Notes under the pieces: generated by a model | Seen by the model: the letters and a program-made list of their open reading frames with translations, nothing else | Database searches by the model: none | What the model was told of the DNA's origin: nothing | Translations under genes and position numbers: made by a program | Shown here: positions 17,597 through 27,025 of the stretch, in pieces | How positions within the stretch are numbered: position 1 is the stretch's first letter | Layout of the letters: each line of letters opens with the position of its first letter | IMG/VR virus record: IMGVR_UViG_3300016665_000258 | Span: 1 to 32,729 of that record | Strand: one strand, 5' to 3' | DNA: 32,729 bases | Source of the DNA: a virus | Taxonomy: Duplodnaviria; Caudoviricetes

Positions 17597-18199
17597 ATGT
17601 TTATCGTTTCAATTTTAGGAAAAAAACAACTGTTCCTCAATTCAAAAACCGACGACTTCATCAGGCTTTTGCCAAAACAATTTGATTGTGACGAATCCGA
17701 TATCGAGGTCGAGTATTTGGACGAAGCCGATCAAAAAACAATCAAGCGTGAAATGAAAATCAACCCTGACAAAGGGTACAGGTTTGATTTTGATGAAAAA
17801 AAATTGTTTGAAATTACACGTGCGAAATTCAAACCGGGAGACCTCAATCCTGAACACATAATGAACAAACAACCGAAACCAAATGATGAACCATCGTCGG
17901 ACCCTACCGCAATTGAATATGATGATTTTTTGGAATTAACCATCGAAGAAAAAAAAGAATATCTCAAGCGTGTTTCATGGGTTCCGAGGAACTGGGAGCA
18001 AATCGAATACTCTGTCATTGTCGGAACAGTTGGATCTGATTTGATGTTCAACGCCGATTCCCATGAGTGCAAAGAATCAGTTCGAGAAGTGCTGACATTC
18101 AAAACAAAGAAGGTCACAAAAATCAATTATAGCCAAACCGTCAACATCTTGACCGGTGAAATCGGCATGAAGGTTGATTCAATGGAGTTTGAAGAATGA
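17597..18199 (+). CDS. Hypothetical protein (charged, AT-rich gene)
   Basis: SD GAAAGGA before ATG 17597 (preferred to the track start 17519); ATGA overlap with the next gene. Confidence 0.7.
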   Translation: MFIVSILGKKQLFLNSKTDDFIRLLPKQFDCDESDIEVEYLDEADQKTIKREMKINPDKGYRFDFDEKKLFEITRAKFKPGDLNPEHIMNKQPKPNDEPSSDPTAIEYDDFLELTIEEKKEYLKRVSWVPRNWEQIEYSVIVGTVGSDLMFNADSHECKESVREVLTFKTKKVTKINYSQTVNILTGEIGMKVDSMEFEE

Positions 18200-18456
18200 T
18201 CACCGAAGACCGGCGCAATCTAATTCTTGCGGTTGCCGATGGTCACGGGGATGCATTCCCATTTCTTCATTCATTGGAAAAAGCCAAGCGAAGGGAAGAA
18301 ATCTATTCGTATTTTGTCCGGCAAAAGATCACCGGCAAGAAATTCGTGACCTATTTTGCCGAACGGAAATTTAGTTTGCTTCAGGTCATGTCAGACGTGC
18401 TGACTGAGATTGACCGAAAGAAAAAGGAAGCCATCATTGCGGGGGTGGACCTGTGA
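18196..18456 (+). CDS. Hypothetical protein
   Basis: 4-bp overlaps on both sides; SD GGAG. Confidence 0.7.
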   Translation: MITEDRRNLILAVADGHGDAFPFLHSLEKAKRREEIYSYFVRQKITGKKFVTYFAERKFSLLQVMSDVLTEIDRKKKEAIIAGVDL

Positions 18457-18878
18457 GCCAAAGGGTCATTGACTATGCCAAGCCCGGGGTAAAGGATCGG
18501 CTTGAATGGCTTTGTGTTGAAGCCTTCATGATTCTTTGTGATGTTGTGCTTTGGGCACGTGGCAAGCAATTGCCGGTGGTCATTTCGGATGCCGTCACTT
18601 CCATTGATGAAGATGAAGCCTTGAAGCGGACAAGTTCGACGCACCGGGAAGGCCGGGCTTTTGACCTTTCCACCCGGGGATGGTCCAAAGACAACATTGA
18701 TGAATGCGTCCGGGTCTTCGGCTTCAAATATCGGCACCTTGCTGCGATTGGTGGGGATGGAAACCCCCGGCTTGTATATTTCCACAATGCCGGCACCGGG
18801 GACCATCTGCATTTTCAGGTGGCCAAACGGTTTGCCATGCCGGTTCAGAAATTTGCAAGTGACGAAAAAAAGGCATAG
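18453..18878 (+). CDS. Endolysin, peptidase M15-like Zn peptidase
   Basis: SSTH.EGRAFD (H-x6-D) and HLHFQ Zn ligands; upstream of holin-like gene. Confidence 0.8.
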   Translation: MSQRVIDYAKPGVKDRLEWLCVEAFMILCDVVLWARGKQLPVVISDAVTSIDEDEALKRTSSTHREGRAFDLSTRGWSKDNIDECVRVFGFKYRHLAAIGGDGNPRLVYFHNAGTGDHLHFQVAKRFAMPVQKFASDEKKA

Positions 18879-18900
18879 GCTGTCATTGGAGGAATAAAAC

Positions 18901-19062
18901 ATGGACTTGATTTCAATTATCGCAAAGGCACAAGACGCATTGGGTGCCATTTCTATGGTGTTGACCGGCTTGATTGCCATTTCCCTATTGATCCCGGGAG
19001 AACAGCCAGAAAAGGCATTGCAAGCGGCCTTGGACTTCATCAAAAAGTTTTCCAAAAAGTGA
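18901..19062 (+). CDS. Putative holin (53 aa, not in ORF track)
   Basis: My translation: MDLISIIAKAQDALGAISMVLTGLIAISLLIPGEQPEKALQAALDFIKKFSKK; one TM, basic C-terminus, SD GGAGGA. Confidence 0.7.
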   Translation: MDLISIIAKAQDALGAISMVLTGLIAISLLIPGEQPEKALQAALDFIKKFSKK

Positions 19063-19295
19063 TGGAATTGATCGGACCATTGCTTGCCCTGCTTTCCGAA
19101 GTGGGCAAAATGGTCAACTTTCACAATTCCAATGCCGTCTTGGAACGGATTGAAGAATTAAAAAGGGTTTATGAACAAGAATTGGCTAAGGGTCCGGGGC
19201 GTGATGACGCTTTGGTTTACTCTGTGCGTTTGGAGTTGCGCAACATCTGCAACCTATATTGTGCCGCTATTAAAGGACAGGCCACTAAGGGTTGA
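19059..19295 (+). CDS. Putative i-spanin-like protein
   Basis: Hydrophobic N-terminus, coiled coil, C-terminal Cys pair; overlapped by a lipoprotein ORF. Confidence 0.45.
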   Translation: MMELIGPLLALLSEVGKMVNFHNSNAVLERIEELKRVYEQELAKGPGRDDALVYSVRLELRNICNLYCAAIKGQATKG

Positions 19296-19470
19296 CATTG
19301 AAACACCCCGCACGGTTTTCCGGTGGTACAAGGTGAAGCCGTGTGGATTTCTTGACTTGTTTCGATGCAAAGAAGAAGTCTTGGAATATGACTTTGATTT
19401 GTCCAAGCGTGAAGACCGGGTCCGGTTCAATGAAATGGGGTTTGAATGCCTAGTCCCCGAGCATCCCTAA
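19204..19470 (+). CDS. Putative o-spanin-like lipoprotein
   Basis: MTLWFTLCVWSC signal/lipobox-like sequence; starts inside the previous gene in the +1 frame. Confidence 0.45.
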   Translation: MTLWFTLCVWSCATSATYIVPLLKDRPLRVDIETPRTVFRWYKVKPCGFLDLFRCKEEVLEYDFDLSKREDRVRFNEMGFECLVPEHP

Positions 19471-19952
19471 GGGGTGCCAAGGCCAAGGCATCGGGCCGGT
19501 TGTTTGAAAACATACTTGCTGCCCGGTGTGCCCGGGACGGCATCAAGTTTGAGCAATTGCCTAGTGGGTGCCGATGGATTGGGAAGGTGGCGGTGCCGGC
19601 CAAATCCCCTTTTGACTTCATCATTGCAAAAGACGGCAATGTTGTTTTCTTTGATGCAAAGTCAATTGATGCCACAACCTTCACAAGATCGGCTTGCAAA
19701 CCCCACCAAATTGAATCATTGGCCGGTTTTGAACTGTCAGGATTGACGGCGGGTTTTGTTGTTTGGCTAAGGGCAACCGGGCAAGTGGTCTTTTTCAAGG
19801 CATCACAGTTGAAAGCGTTGCCCCCCCGTTATAGTCTGAAAGTATCAGACGGGATTCTGTTAGGATCAGTTGACACCTTGACCTTGGAGGGTTTGTTGAA
19901 TGGGAAAGCCGGAAGAAAATCAGACCTTCAAGAGAAGTCACCCGGACTTTGA
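19446..19952 (+). CDS. recU: Holliday junction resolvase RecU-like
   Basis: G..FE, KSPFDF, FFDAKS, KPHQI..L, AGFVV motifs. Confidence 0.85.
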   Translation: MPSPRASLRGAKAKASGRLFENILAARCARDGIKFEQLPSGCRWIGKVAVPAKSPFDFIIAKDGNVVFFDAKSIDATTFTRSACKPHQIESLAGFELSGLTAGFVVWLRATGQVVFFKASQLKALPPRYSLKVSDGILLGSVDTLTLEGLLNGKAGRKSDLQEKSPGL

Positions 19953-20169
19953 TTTTTTCTTCAACAAACTGGCTTGGGCCGCCATTACTTGTGTTGTATC
20001 TTTTGCAGCAATCCAATTGAACAAGCTTTCTGACAACGTGGCAGAATTAAATAAAAACATGACGCTTGTGGTTTACCAATTGCAGACGGTTGAAAAGCAA
20101 TCGGACCAATTCAGGCGTGACCTTGAAGACCTTGTGGAAAGGGTCAACAAGTTGGAGGGCAGAAAATGA
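19900..20169 (+). CDS. Single-TM coiled-coil membrane protein (holin/XhlA-like)
   Basis: TM LAWAAITCVVSFAAI followed by coiled coil ending RVNKLEG; SD GGAGG. Confidence 0.55.
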   Translation: MGKPEENQTFKRSHPDFDFFFNKLAWAAITCVVSFAAIQLNKLSDNVAELNKNMTLVVYQLQTVEKQSDQFRRDLEDLVERVNKLEGRK

Positions 20170-20507
20170 GTGCCGGACCTTATGAACTAGAAATTGAACA
20201 GGGCGTTGACCGGGTAATTGCAATCACGCTGAAAGACAAAACCACCGGGCTTCCGTTGAACTTGACCGGGTGGACATTCCAAATGCAGATTCGTGAGAAA
20301 TACACTTCAACTTCGGTGTTGTATTCCCCGACAATCAACATCACCGGTGCGCTGACGGGTGAAATCCAAATTGTTTTGACCGATACGGACACGGCCGCAT
20401 TGCCGGCCAAGGCTTTGGTTTATGACCTTGAAGGCACCAGACCCGACACAACCAAGATCAGGATTTTGAAGGGTCCATGCATTGTTGATCCGGAAGTGAC
20501 AAGATGA
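20166..20507 (+). CDS. Small beta-sandwich virion protein (fibre adaptor-like)
   Basis: IEQG..., LTGWTF.MQIR, YDLE, V.PEVTR motifs typical of proteins preceding fibre genes. Confidence 0.7.
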   Translation: MSAGPYELEIEQGVDRVIAITLKDKTTGLPLNLTGWTFQMQIREKYTSTSVLYSPTINITGALTGEIQIVLTDTDTAALPAKALVYDLEGTRPDTTKIRILKGPCIVDPEVTR

Positions 20508-22315
20508 GTGACCAATTCCAAGTCATCATTGTTGATGATCCACAGAACTTGGTGATTGAAATTGAAACGGTGGTGCAGCCGGACATTACGGTTGAAATCA
20601 GCCCGGACCCCACCACATTGATTGTTGAAGTTGACAACGGGATTGTTGGGCCGCAGGGTCCAACGGGTCCAACTGGACCGGCCGGCCCGGGCGTTGCTGC
20701 GGGTGGAACAGCCGGGCAAGCACTGACCAAGATTGACGGCACCAATTACAACACCCAATGGACCACAATTGACAAAGCCTTTGTTGGGCTTGGGAACGTT
20801 GACAATACTTCAGATTTGAACAAGCCAATTTCGACGGCAACCCAAACGGCATTGAATGCCAAGGAAGATGTTGCCAACAAATCAACCGCAACCACCCTTG
20901 GAACGTCCGATGTTCTTTACCCTTCGCAAAATGCCGTCAAGACTTATGTGGACAATGCTATTGTGGCGGGTGCTACACCTGACGCAACCGCTACACTAAA
21001 AGGAAAGGTGAAGCTTGCCGGTGATCTTTCCGGCACGGCCGATCTTCCAACCGTCCCGGGATTGGCAAACAAAGAAGACGTTGCCAACAAATCAAACAAC
21101 ACGGCACTTGGCACTTCGGCCACCCTATACCCCACCCAAAATGCGGTGAAGGTTTACGTTGATGCGGCCATTGGCGTTGTTGACTCTGATATTGATGCAT
21201 ACAGGGAATTGCAAAAGGAACCGACAGGCTTCCCCAATCGCACTGATTCGGTCATTTCATTCAATGATGGCACGCTGACTTTCACCATTGCCCCGGCTGT
21301 CAGTGCCTATGATGTTTATATCAAGGGGCACAAGTTCACAAAGACGGCATCCGCATCAATCACAATCCCAAGTGCAGCCGGGAACCATTACTTTTATTTT
21401 GACGTGACCGGTACGCTATCCACCACACAAGTCATTGATTCGGAATTCTTCCAAAACAACGCTTTCATTTCGATTGTCTATTGGAATACCGATACCAATT
21501 CAAGCACCTATTTTGCCGAAGAACGGCATGGCTTGATCATGGACGGAATGACGCATTCCTATTTGCACACCGTCTTCGGTGCCCGGTATCTTTCGGGCGG
21601 TGCGCTTCAGGGTTTCAGTGTTGACGGCACCGGGAACATTGCGGCCAATGCCCAATTCACCGGTGATTCGGGATCAATCAGGGATGAAGATATTCTGATT
21701 CAGTATCTTGCCCAAGCGACAATCCCAATCCTTTACCGGCAAGGGGTGCTTTGGAGGAAAAAGGCGGCCGATTCCTTCCCTGTAATTTATTCGGGCACGG
21801 CCGGATACACCGGGGCAAATGGCCGGCTTCCTTACAACCAACTTATTTCCGGGAATTGGCAATTGACCCAAGTTGCCAACAATCAATTTGTCTTGGTCCA
21901 CATTTTTGCAACCAATGACCGAAACAATCCTATTGTTGGGATTCAGGGGGTTGCAGAATACACTTCAATTTCGGGCGCACGGACGGGGGCATTGTCTGAA
22001 ATTGCATCCCTTGCCGGGCTACCGTTTGCTGAATTCGTGGCATTGGGGTCCGTTATCTTTGAAACAGCTAACACCTACACAAACACACCGAAAGCCCGGG
22101 TGCGCTCAACCGATACCGGGGCAAATTATGTGGATTTTAGGGGCACGCAACCCTATGCGCCGGCAGCCGGCACAGCTACTTCACACGGTTTGCTTTCTGG
22201 TCTTTCAAATGATGATCACCTTCAGTACCATACAGATGCAAGGGGTGATGTTAGGTATTACACAAAGGCCGAAAGTGACCTTTTGATGAAGGTCAACGCA
22301 ATCATTTTTGGGTGA
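20504..22315 (+). CDS. Fibre protein with collagen-like segment
   Basis: GPQGPTGPTGPAGPG, VGLGNVDNTSD.NKPISTATQ, ATATLKGKVKLAGDL, HGLLSGL..DDHLQY motifs. Confidence 0.8.
   Translation: MSDQFQVIIVDDPQNLVIEIETVVQPDITVEISPDPTTLIVEVDNGIVGPQGPTGPTGPAGPGVAAGGTAGQALTKIDGTNYNTQWTTIDKAFVGLGNVDNTSDLNKPISTATQTALNAKEDVANKSTATTLGTSDVLYPSQNAVKTYVDNAIVAGATPDATATLKGKVKLAGDLSGTADLPTVPGLANKEDVANKSNNTALGTSATLYPTQNAVKVYVDAAIGVVDSDIDAYRELQKEPTGFPNRTDSVISFNDGTLTFTIAPAVSAYDVYIKGHKFTKTASASITIPSAAGNHYFYFDVTGTLSTTQVIDSEFFQNNAFISIVYWNTDTNSSTYFAEERHGLIMDGMTHSYLHTVFGARYLSGGALQGFSVDGTGNIAANAQFTGDSGSIRDEDILIQYLAQATIPILYRQGVLWRKKAADSFPVIYSGTAGYTGANGRLPYNQLISGNWQLTQVANNQFVLVHIFATNDRNNPIVGIQGVAEYTSISGARTGALSEIASLAGLPFAEFVALGSVIFETANTYTNTPKARVRSTDTGANYVDFRGTQPYAPAAGTATSHGLLSGLSNDDHLQYHTDARGDVRYYTKAESDLLMKVNAIIFG
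20861..21163 (+). repeat. Two copies of a 31-aa shaft repeat KEDVANKS...LGTS..LYP.QNAVK.YVD
   Basis: Copies begin at 20861 and 21071. Confidence 0.8.
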
Positions 22316-22319
22316 CAAT

Positions 22320-24335
22320 ATGAAAAGAATTCTTCCAATCAGCAACTTCACTTTCACGCCATCACTGAACCGGGTGGATTTCAGCCCAATGGGTGGTGGA
22401 TTCAAGAAAGAGAACCTTTATGCGGTGATCAATATCACAACCGGAAAATTGGTTTATGCGGTGGCATCGGTTTCTTCGGGATTTGGTGGCACGTTTGCCG
22501 GAAACATTTTGACTTATTCTTCATCGAATGCCGGGCAATTGGCATCCGACACCCTGCAAGTCATCTATGATGATGAAACGGCCGTGCAAAATATCACGGG
22601 AACGGTGAGCATCCAAGACCCGGCAAACGTGACAGGCACTTTGGGTGCTGCCCATGCTGTACCGGCGGCAATTCATGATGGATCAGGAACCTATCAAATC
22701 CTTTCAACCCCGGACCCCGTAACGCTTCGGGAAGGTTTAGACATTAACGTTCAAAGCGCAAGCGTGCAGGGTTTGCTTAATAACCCGTTGCCGCTTCCCT
22801 ATCAGAACCAAGCCTTGAGTGTTGGTTATATCAACGGCGGTGACCTTGTGGCACCGGCCATGAACATTGGAACCAATGAATTGATTGTGGATGCCACACA
22901 AAATGGCAATCTTCCGGTGAGCATTGATGCCGTAACCACACCGATCACGGTTGACATTGGTTCGGTTCTGACTTCTCTTCCGGTTGACGTGCAATCAGTT
23001 GCCGTCACGGTTCCGGTTTCTGCCGCATCACTTCCATTGCCAACCGGTGCGTCCACAGAAACAACACTTGCGGCGGTGTCTGGAAAGCTTCCCGCAACAC
23101 TTGGTCAAAAGACCATGGCCAATTCAATGGCCGTTGTTTTGCCATCTGATCAGGTGGTGCCAGTATCGCAAAATGAAACATACACAACGGGTGCCCTGAC
23201 TCTTTCGCTTGCCAACAACATTTTCAATGCCGTTGCCGGTCCAAATTCCACCGATGCGTTGGGATTCAAAACAGGATCGGTTCAACTTGTCACAAGCGCA
23301 ACCACCGGTTCTTTGATTTTTGAGCATTCAAATGACAACATCAATTATCAGCCAATGCCGGTGTTTCGGACGGATTCGGCTTCACCAAACGCCATTGTCG
23401 CAGCATTCACCCCGGTTGCATCAAGCTTTGTTTACCATTTCCCAATCAAAGCAAGATATATTCGTTGCAGGATTGCAACGGCATTGAACCAAAACGCCCA
23501 AGCGTTTCTTCGATTGTCACAAGAATCATGGACACCGATTGTGCCACAAGTGGTCAACGCAACGGCTGCCAACTTGAATGCTACTGTTTCAGGGTCTTTG
23601 ACTTCGGCCGGCACGGTTTCAACAGTCACCACTGTGACAACCGTTGCATCTGTCACTTCAGGCAATACCGGTATTCCATTGCTTGTTGTTGACGTTGCGT
23701 CAGCGGCATTGACAACCACCACCACAACAGGAACATTGACACCAACAAACGGGGTGGCCTATCAGGTTGTCATCCCGGTCACTGTCGTGGGTGGAACAGG
23801 TCCAACGCTTGATGTTTCAATTGAGGAATCAGACGATTCAGGCACCAATTGGGTGCGTGTATATGACTTCCCAAGAATCACGGCCGTTGGTGTTTATCGC
23901 TCTGGACCGATTAAGCTTAGGGGCAACCGGGTCCGCTATGTTCAAACCGTTGGCGGCACTTCGCCTTCATTCACCCGATCCATTCAAAGGCTTCAAAGAT
24001 CGGACACAATTTTCAGTCGTTTGACCATGATCAACAGAACCATTGACCCCAACACCTTGAACAGCACTTCAACGGTGCTTTACTGTGACGGTGCATCTGA
24101 ATTCAATTATTATATGCGTTGTACCGCTCAAACAACGGCGGCAACAATTCAAATTCAATTCAGTGATGACAACACAAATTGGTATTCTCCGGCAACCGCA
24201 ACGCTGACAACCATCAATGGCATTGTCAAAGGGAACATTGCAGATGAATATTGGCGTTTTGCCCGGGCAATCGTAACGGCACCGGGAACCGGAATCACAC
24301 TTGGTGAATTTTCATTGAAAGGCGCAAGGGAATGA
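22320..24335 (+). CDS. Fibre/spike-like structural protein with three beta-sandwich modules
   Basis: Thr/Ser/Val-rich; three modules with E/F-x-S-x-D..NW/NY ... R(Y/F)-x-R pattern; ATG 22320 preferred to TTG 22308. Confidence 0.7.
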   Translation: MKRILPISNFTFTPSLNRVDFSPMGGGFKKENLYAVINITTGKLVYAVASVSSGFGGTFAGNILTYSSSNAGQLASDTLQVIYDDETAVQNITGTVSIQDPANVTGTLGAAHAVPAAIHDGSGTYQILSTPDPVTLREGLDINVQSASVQGLLNNPLPLPYQNQALSVGYINGGDLVAPAMNIGTNELIVDATQNGNLPVSIDAVTTPITVDIGSVLTSLPVDVQSVAVTVPVSAASLPLPTGASTETTLAAVSGKLPATLGQKTMANSMAVVLPSDQVVPVSQNETYTTGALTLSLANNIFNAVAGPNSTDALGFKTGSVQLVTSATTGSLIFEHSNDNINYQPMPVFRTDSASPNAIVAAFTPVASSFVYHFPIKARYIRCRIATALNQNAQAFLRLSQESWTPIVPQVVNATAANLNATVSGSLTSAGTVSTVTTVTTVASVTSGNTGIPLLVVDVASAALTTTTTTGTLTPTNGVAYQVVIPVTVVGGTGPTLDVSIEESDDSGTNWVRVYDFPRITAVGVYRSGPIKLRGNRVRYVQTVGGTSPSFTRSIQRLQRSDTIFSRLTMINRTIDPNTLNSTSTVLYCDGASEFNYYMRCTAQTTAATIQIQFSDDNTNWYSPATATLTTINGIVKGNIADEYWRFARAIVTAPGTGITLGEFSLKGARE

Positions 24336-24496
24336 TGATCACAATTTGGAAGATGGTCAATGACGGGTGGGAATTGGTGGAAGAATTGCAAGATGATCTT
24401 GCCTTGGCACAAAGGCTTTCAGAATTACGCACGGACGGTGAAGAATACCGGGCAGAAAAGCGTGACGGTGGATTTGCAACCGTCTTGGAGGATTAA
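24332..24496 (+). CDS. Hypothetical protein (54 aa, not in ORF track)
   Basis: MMITIWKMVNDGWELVEELQDDLALAQRLSELRTDGEEYRAEKRDGGFATVLED; ATGA overlap with the previous gene. Confidence 0.65.
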   Translation: MMITIWKMVNDGWELVEELQDDLALAQRLSELRTDGEEYRAEKRDGGFATVLED

Positions 24497-24498
24497 AA

Positions 24499-24771
24499 AT
24501 GCCAGCGTCACCATACCAAACAAAGCTTGCAAGGCTCAACAATGAGATCAACAACCAAATCATTGGTGCTTTTGCGGATGCCCAAACTGAATTGATGGCA
24601 ATCAGCGCACCGCCGACAACCTACCTTGAACTTCAATGGGATGGTTCTTTTGTGAATCGTGCTTGGGACAACAACAAGGTTGTGAACTTAGACCTATCCG
24701 AACAAAACAGATTACTAAGTCAGCTTGATGGTCTTTTCAAAAAGGCTGTTTACGCATTAAATTTGCCATAA
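24499..24771 (+). CDS. Hypothetical protein
   Basis: SD GGAGGA; tight packing. Confidence 0.7.
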   Translation: MPASPYQTKLARLNNEINNQIIGAFADAQTELMAISAPPTTYLELQWDGSFVNRAWDNNKVVNLDLSEQNRLLSQLDGLFKKAVYALNLP

Positions 24772-24785
24772 TAGGAGGATGAACT

Positions 24786-25115
24786 ATGCCGGCACCGGTT
24801 ATTTTTGAAGGCGCAACTGACACCATTCTAAATGGTCAAAAAGTTTTTACAGCAAACAAGGCCAACATTGCCCAAAGCGCATTTGTCAAAATGTCGGTTT
24901 ATGATCCTATTGGCATTGGCACATTTGGAAGCACGTTTGAGTGGGGTTGCCCGGATGGTCCAACCTTTATTTTCTCAATCAGCAATAGTGAAATTTTATA
25001 CAATGGCACGCCATATTCTGGTCTTGGTGCTGAAGAAAAGGCCATCTTTCACAAATGGCTTCCACAGTTTTCTAAGCAATTTGTGATCAAATACAATCGA
25101 GAATTCGGAATCTAA
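24786..25115 (+). CDS. Hypothetical protein
   Basis: SD AGGAGGA; last + strand gene, convergent with the - strand block. Confidence 0.7.
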   Translation: MPAPVIFEGATDTILNGQKVFTANKANIAQSAFVKMSVYDPIGIGTFGSTFEWGCPDGPTFIFSISNSEILYNGTPYSGLGAEEKAIFHKWLPQFSKQFVIKYNREFGI

Positions 25116-25684
25116 TTGATTCCAAGTTCACCGGCGCAAATGTCCCAAATGTCGTTCATCTGGTAGGGCACGGTGGTTGGCAAAATCTGATAATGGTTAA
25201 ATCCTCTGAGGTGAGCGATCTCGTGAATGAGATTACGGGCAATGTCATTTCGATCTTTCACAAAGAACCGATTTTGGAAGACGGTGTCAGGGATTGAATC
25301 CCGGACATACCCAATCACCCCAAAAAGGTGATTTTCAAAAAAGCTTCCTGTGTAATAAATGACATGAATGCCTTTCACACCCGAGCGCAACCGGTTGAAT
25401 ATTTCCTGATTGTTCATGCCGTCCGTTTCGGTGAAATCCCGGGAGAACAATTCCCGGGCAAAACAGTTTGATGAATAAACAATGTTGAGATTTTCAACGG
25501 CTGCGGCAAGTTCAAGAATTTCGGACCGGGTGCCCTTCGCTGAAAGCAATTCCACAAATGGCACTTCAATCAGTTGGACCGGTTCAAGGTAGGTGATTGC
25601 CGGGGTCATGATGCCTTTCACGTCTGGAATAAAAAAGACCACACCCATTGCGAACAACAAAACAGCCAAGCGCAAAATCATCAT
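25112..25684 (-). CDS. Secreted/membrane-anchored zincin-like metalloprotease
   Basis: N-terminal hydrophobic MMILRLAVLLFAMGVVFF; HEIAHLRGFNH motif, VPY; ATGA overlap fixes the start at 25684. Confidence 0.7.
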   Translation of the reverse strand: MMILRLAVLLFAMGVVFFIPDVKGIMTPAITYLEPVQLIEVPFVELLSAKGTRSEILELAAAVENLNIVYSSNCFARELFSRDFTETDGMNNQEIFNRLRSGVKGIHVIYYTGSFFENHLFGVIGYVRDSIPDTVFQNRFFVKDRNDIARNLIHEIAHLRGFNHYQILPTTVPYQMNDIWDICAGELGIN

Positions 25685-26694
25685 CCCTTGAATACCTTTC
25701 CCCCGAAAGAAAACTGACCATTGAAAATTTTTGGGCAATAGAAAGAAAAGGCACCATCCCGGCGCACTTCGAAGACCCCGAAGGCATGGACCCAATTGTT
25801 GGGCCGTCCCTTCAGGAATGGCGCATCAAGCCGGCACAGGCACCCAAGGCTTGCCGCTTCAATCTGGCCATTCATGGTTGGTTCATGGTGGGTCAAAACA
25901 TCATGGGTGTGAAAATAGTAAATGTTGCCCTTGATCAGATTCAGGTGTTTCTTTGCTGCACTTGGTCCAGTGAACAGCCCATGGGTGAAATGAAGCTTTC
26001 CAATTTTCAGAATCTCATTGACCGGGATCAGGGGAATGCCCCGGGCCGGCAAGTCTAGCAGACTGGAAAGGTCGGGCATCAAGCCCAGTTCATCAAGGCC
26101 GAAAAAGAATTCCGGCATTTTGGCAACCATGGCTTGTCTGATCCAGTCTTCGTGATTGCCTTCGATATATAAAAGGTCACCAGACGCACACAATTTCGAT
26201 TTAAGCGCATCCAAAGCCTTCCTTGCTTCCATGACCTCAGGAATGAAAGACTTCGGCTTAAGGTCATTTGAAGGCCAATGGGAAATCCCCTCAGCGTCAA
26301 GAAAGTCACCCCCGATGATGTGCAAATGTGGACGGAAATGATCAAGAAATGAAAGCATTGCACCAACCGCCCGGTCATCCCGGTGCTTCATGTGGGTGTC
26401 GGGTTGTGCCGTGATGCGTAGGATTTCCGGGTTGCCGTGCTTTTCAAACAATTCATCAAGGTCAAGTTCATGAACCTTGAAGCTTTCAATCTGGCGTTTC
26501 TTCCATTTGAACTTTTGTGGCTTTTCTTTCTTGTTCGGTTCAAGGCCGGCAGCGTGAAGAAACGGGGTGAATCCCCCGAAGTGCCGGGAATAGGCTTCCC
26601 CGTGTTCCTTTCGGAATTCGTCCCGGGTTGGCACACGCCCCAAATCGGATGCGAGTGCCTTCAATTTTTGAAGCAAGGCAACCTTCGCATCCAT
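25681..26694 (-). CDS. Calcineurin-like metallophosphoesterase with N-terminal helical (homing-endonuclease-associated repeat-like) domain
   Basis: DTH, GGDFLD, GNHEDW, HG, HTH motifs; N-terminal LGRVPT..EF...YSRHFGGF...L.AAGL. Confidence 0.88.
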   Translation of the reverse strand: MDAKVALLQKLKALASDLGRVPTRDEFRKEHGEAYSRHFGGFTPFLHAAGLEPNKKEKPQKFKWKKRQIESFKVHELDLDELFEKHGNPEILRITAQPDTHMKHRDDRAVGAMLSFLDHFRPHLHIIGGDFLDAEGISHWPSNDLKPKSFIPEVMEARKALDALKSKLCASGDLLYIEGNHEDWIRQAMVAKMPEFFFGLDELGLMPDLSSLLDLPARGIPLIPVNEILKIGKLHFTHGLFTGPSAAKKHLNLIKGNIYYFHTHDVLTHHEPTMNGQIEAASLGCLCRLDAPFLKGRPNNWVHAFGVFEVRRDGAFSFYCPKIFNGQFSFGGKVFKG

Positions 26695-26743
26695 GCACTT
26701 TAATTGTTGCACACCCTCGAGGGATTAAAAGAGAATTATTTCA

Positions 26744-27025
26744 ATGAAAGTGCCAAGCAAGATTAAGATCAAAGGCCGGGTGTTTTATCAGGTGGTTTGG
26801 GCCGATGAAATCAAGGGCAATCCTGACACCATGGGATTGTCCGAACCAAATGAGAAGACAATTTATTTGAAGCTTGGAATGTCAGAATCCGAAACACTGA
26901 AGACCCTGATTCATGAAGTCATCCATGCAATCGAGTTTGAATGGAATGAACCAATCCCCCACCGGATCACCTACACTTTGGAAGAAGGGATTTTCAAAGT
27001 GCTGAAGTTGAATAAGTGGATTTGA
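26744..27025 (+). CDS. Small HExxH (minimal zincin-like) phage protein
   Basis: P.KIKI.G..Y.V, TLIHEVIHAI. Confidence 0.75.
   Translation: MKVPSKIKIKGRVFYQVVWADEIKGNPDTMGLSEPNEKTIYLKLGMSESETLKTLIHEVIHAIEFEWNEPIPHRITYTLEEGIFKVLKLNKWI

Noticed and set aside
24360-24545. 61-aa track ORF
   Set aside because: The 24332-24496 frame fits better (ATGA coupling, ends just before the next gene)
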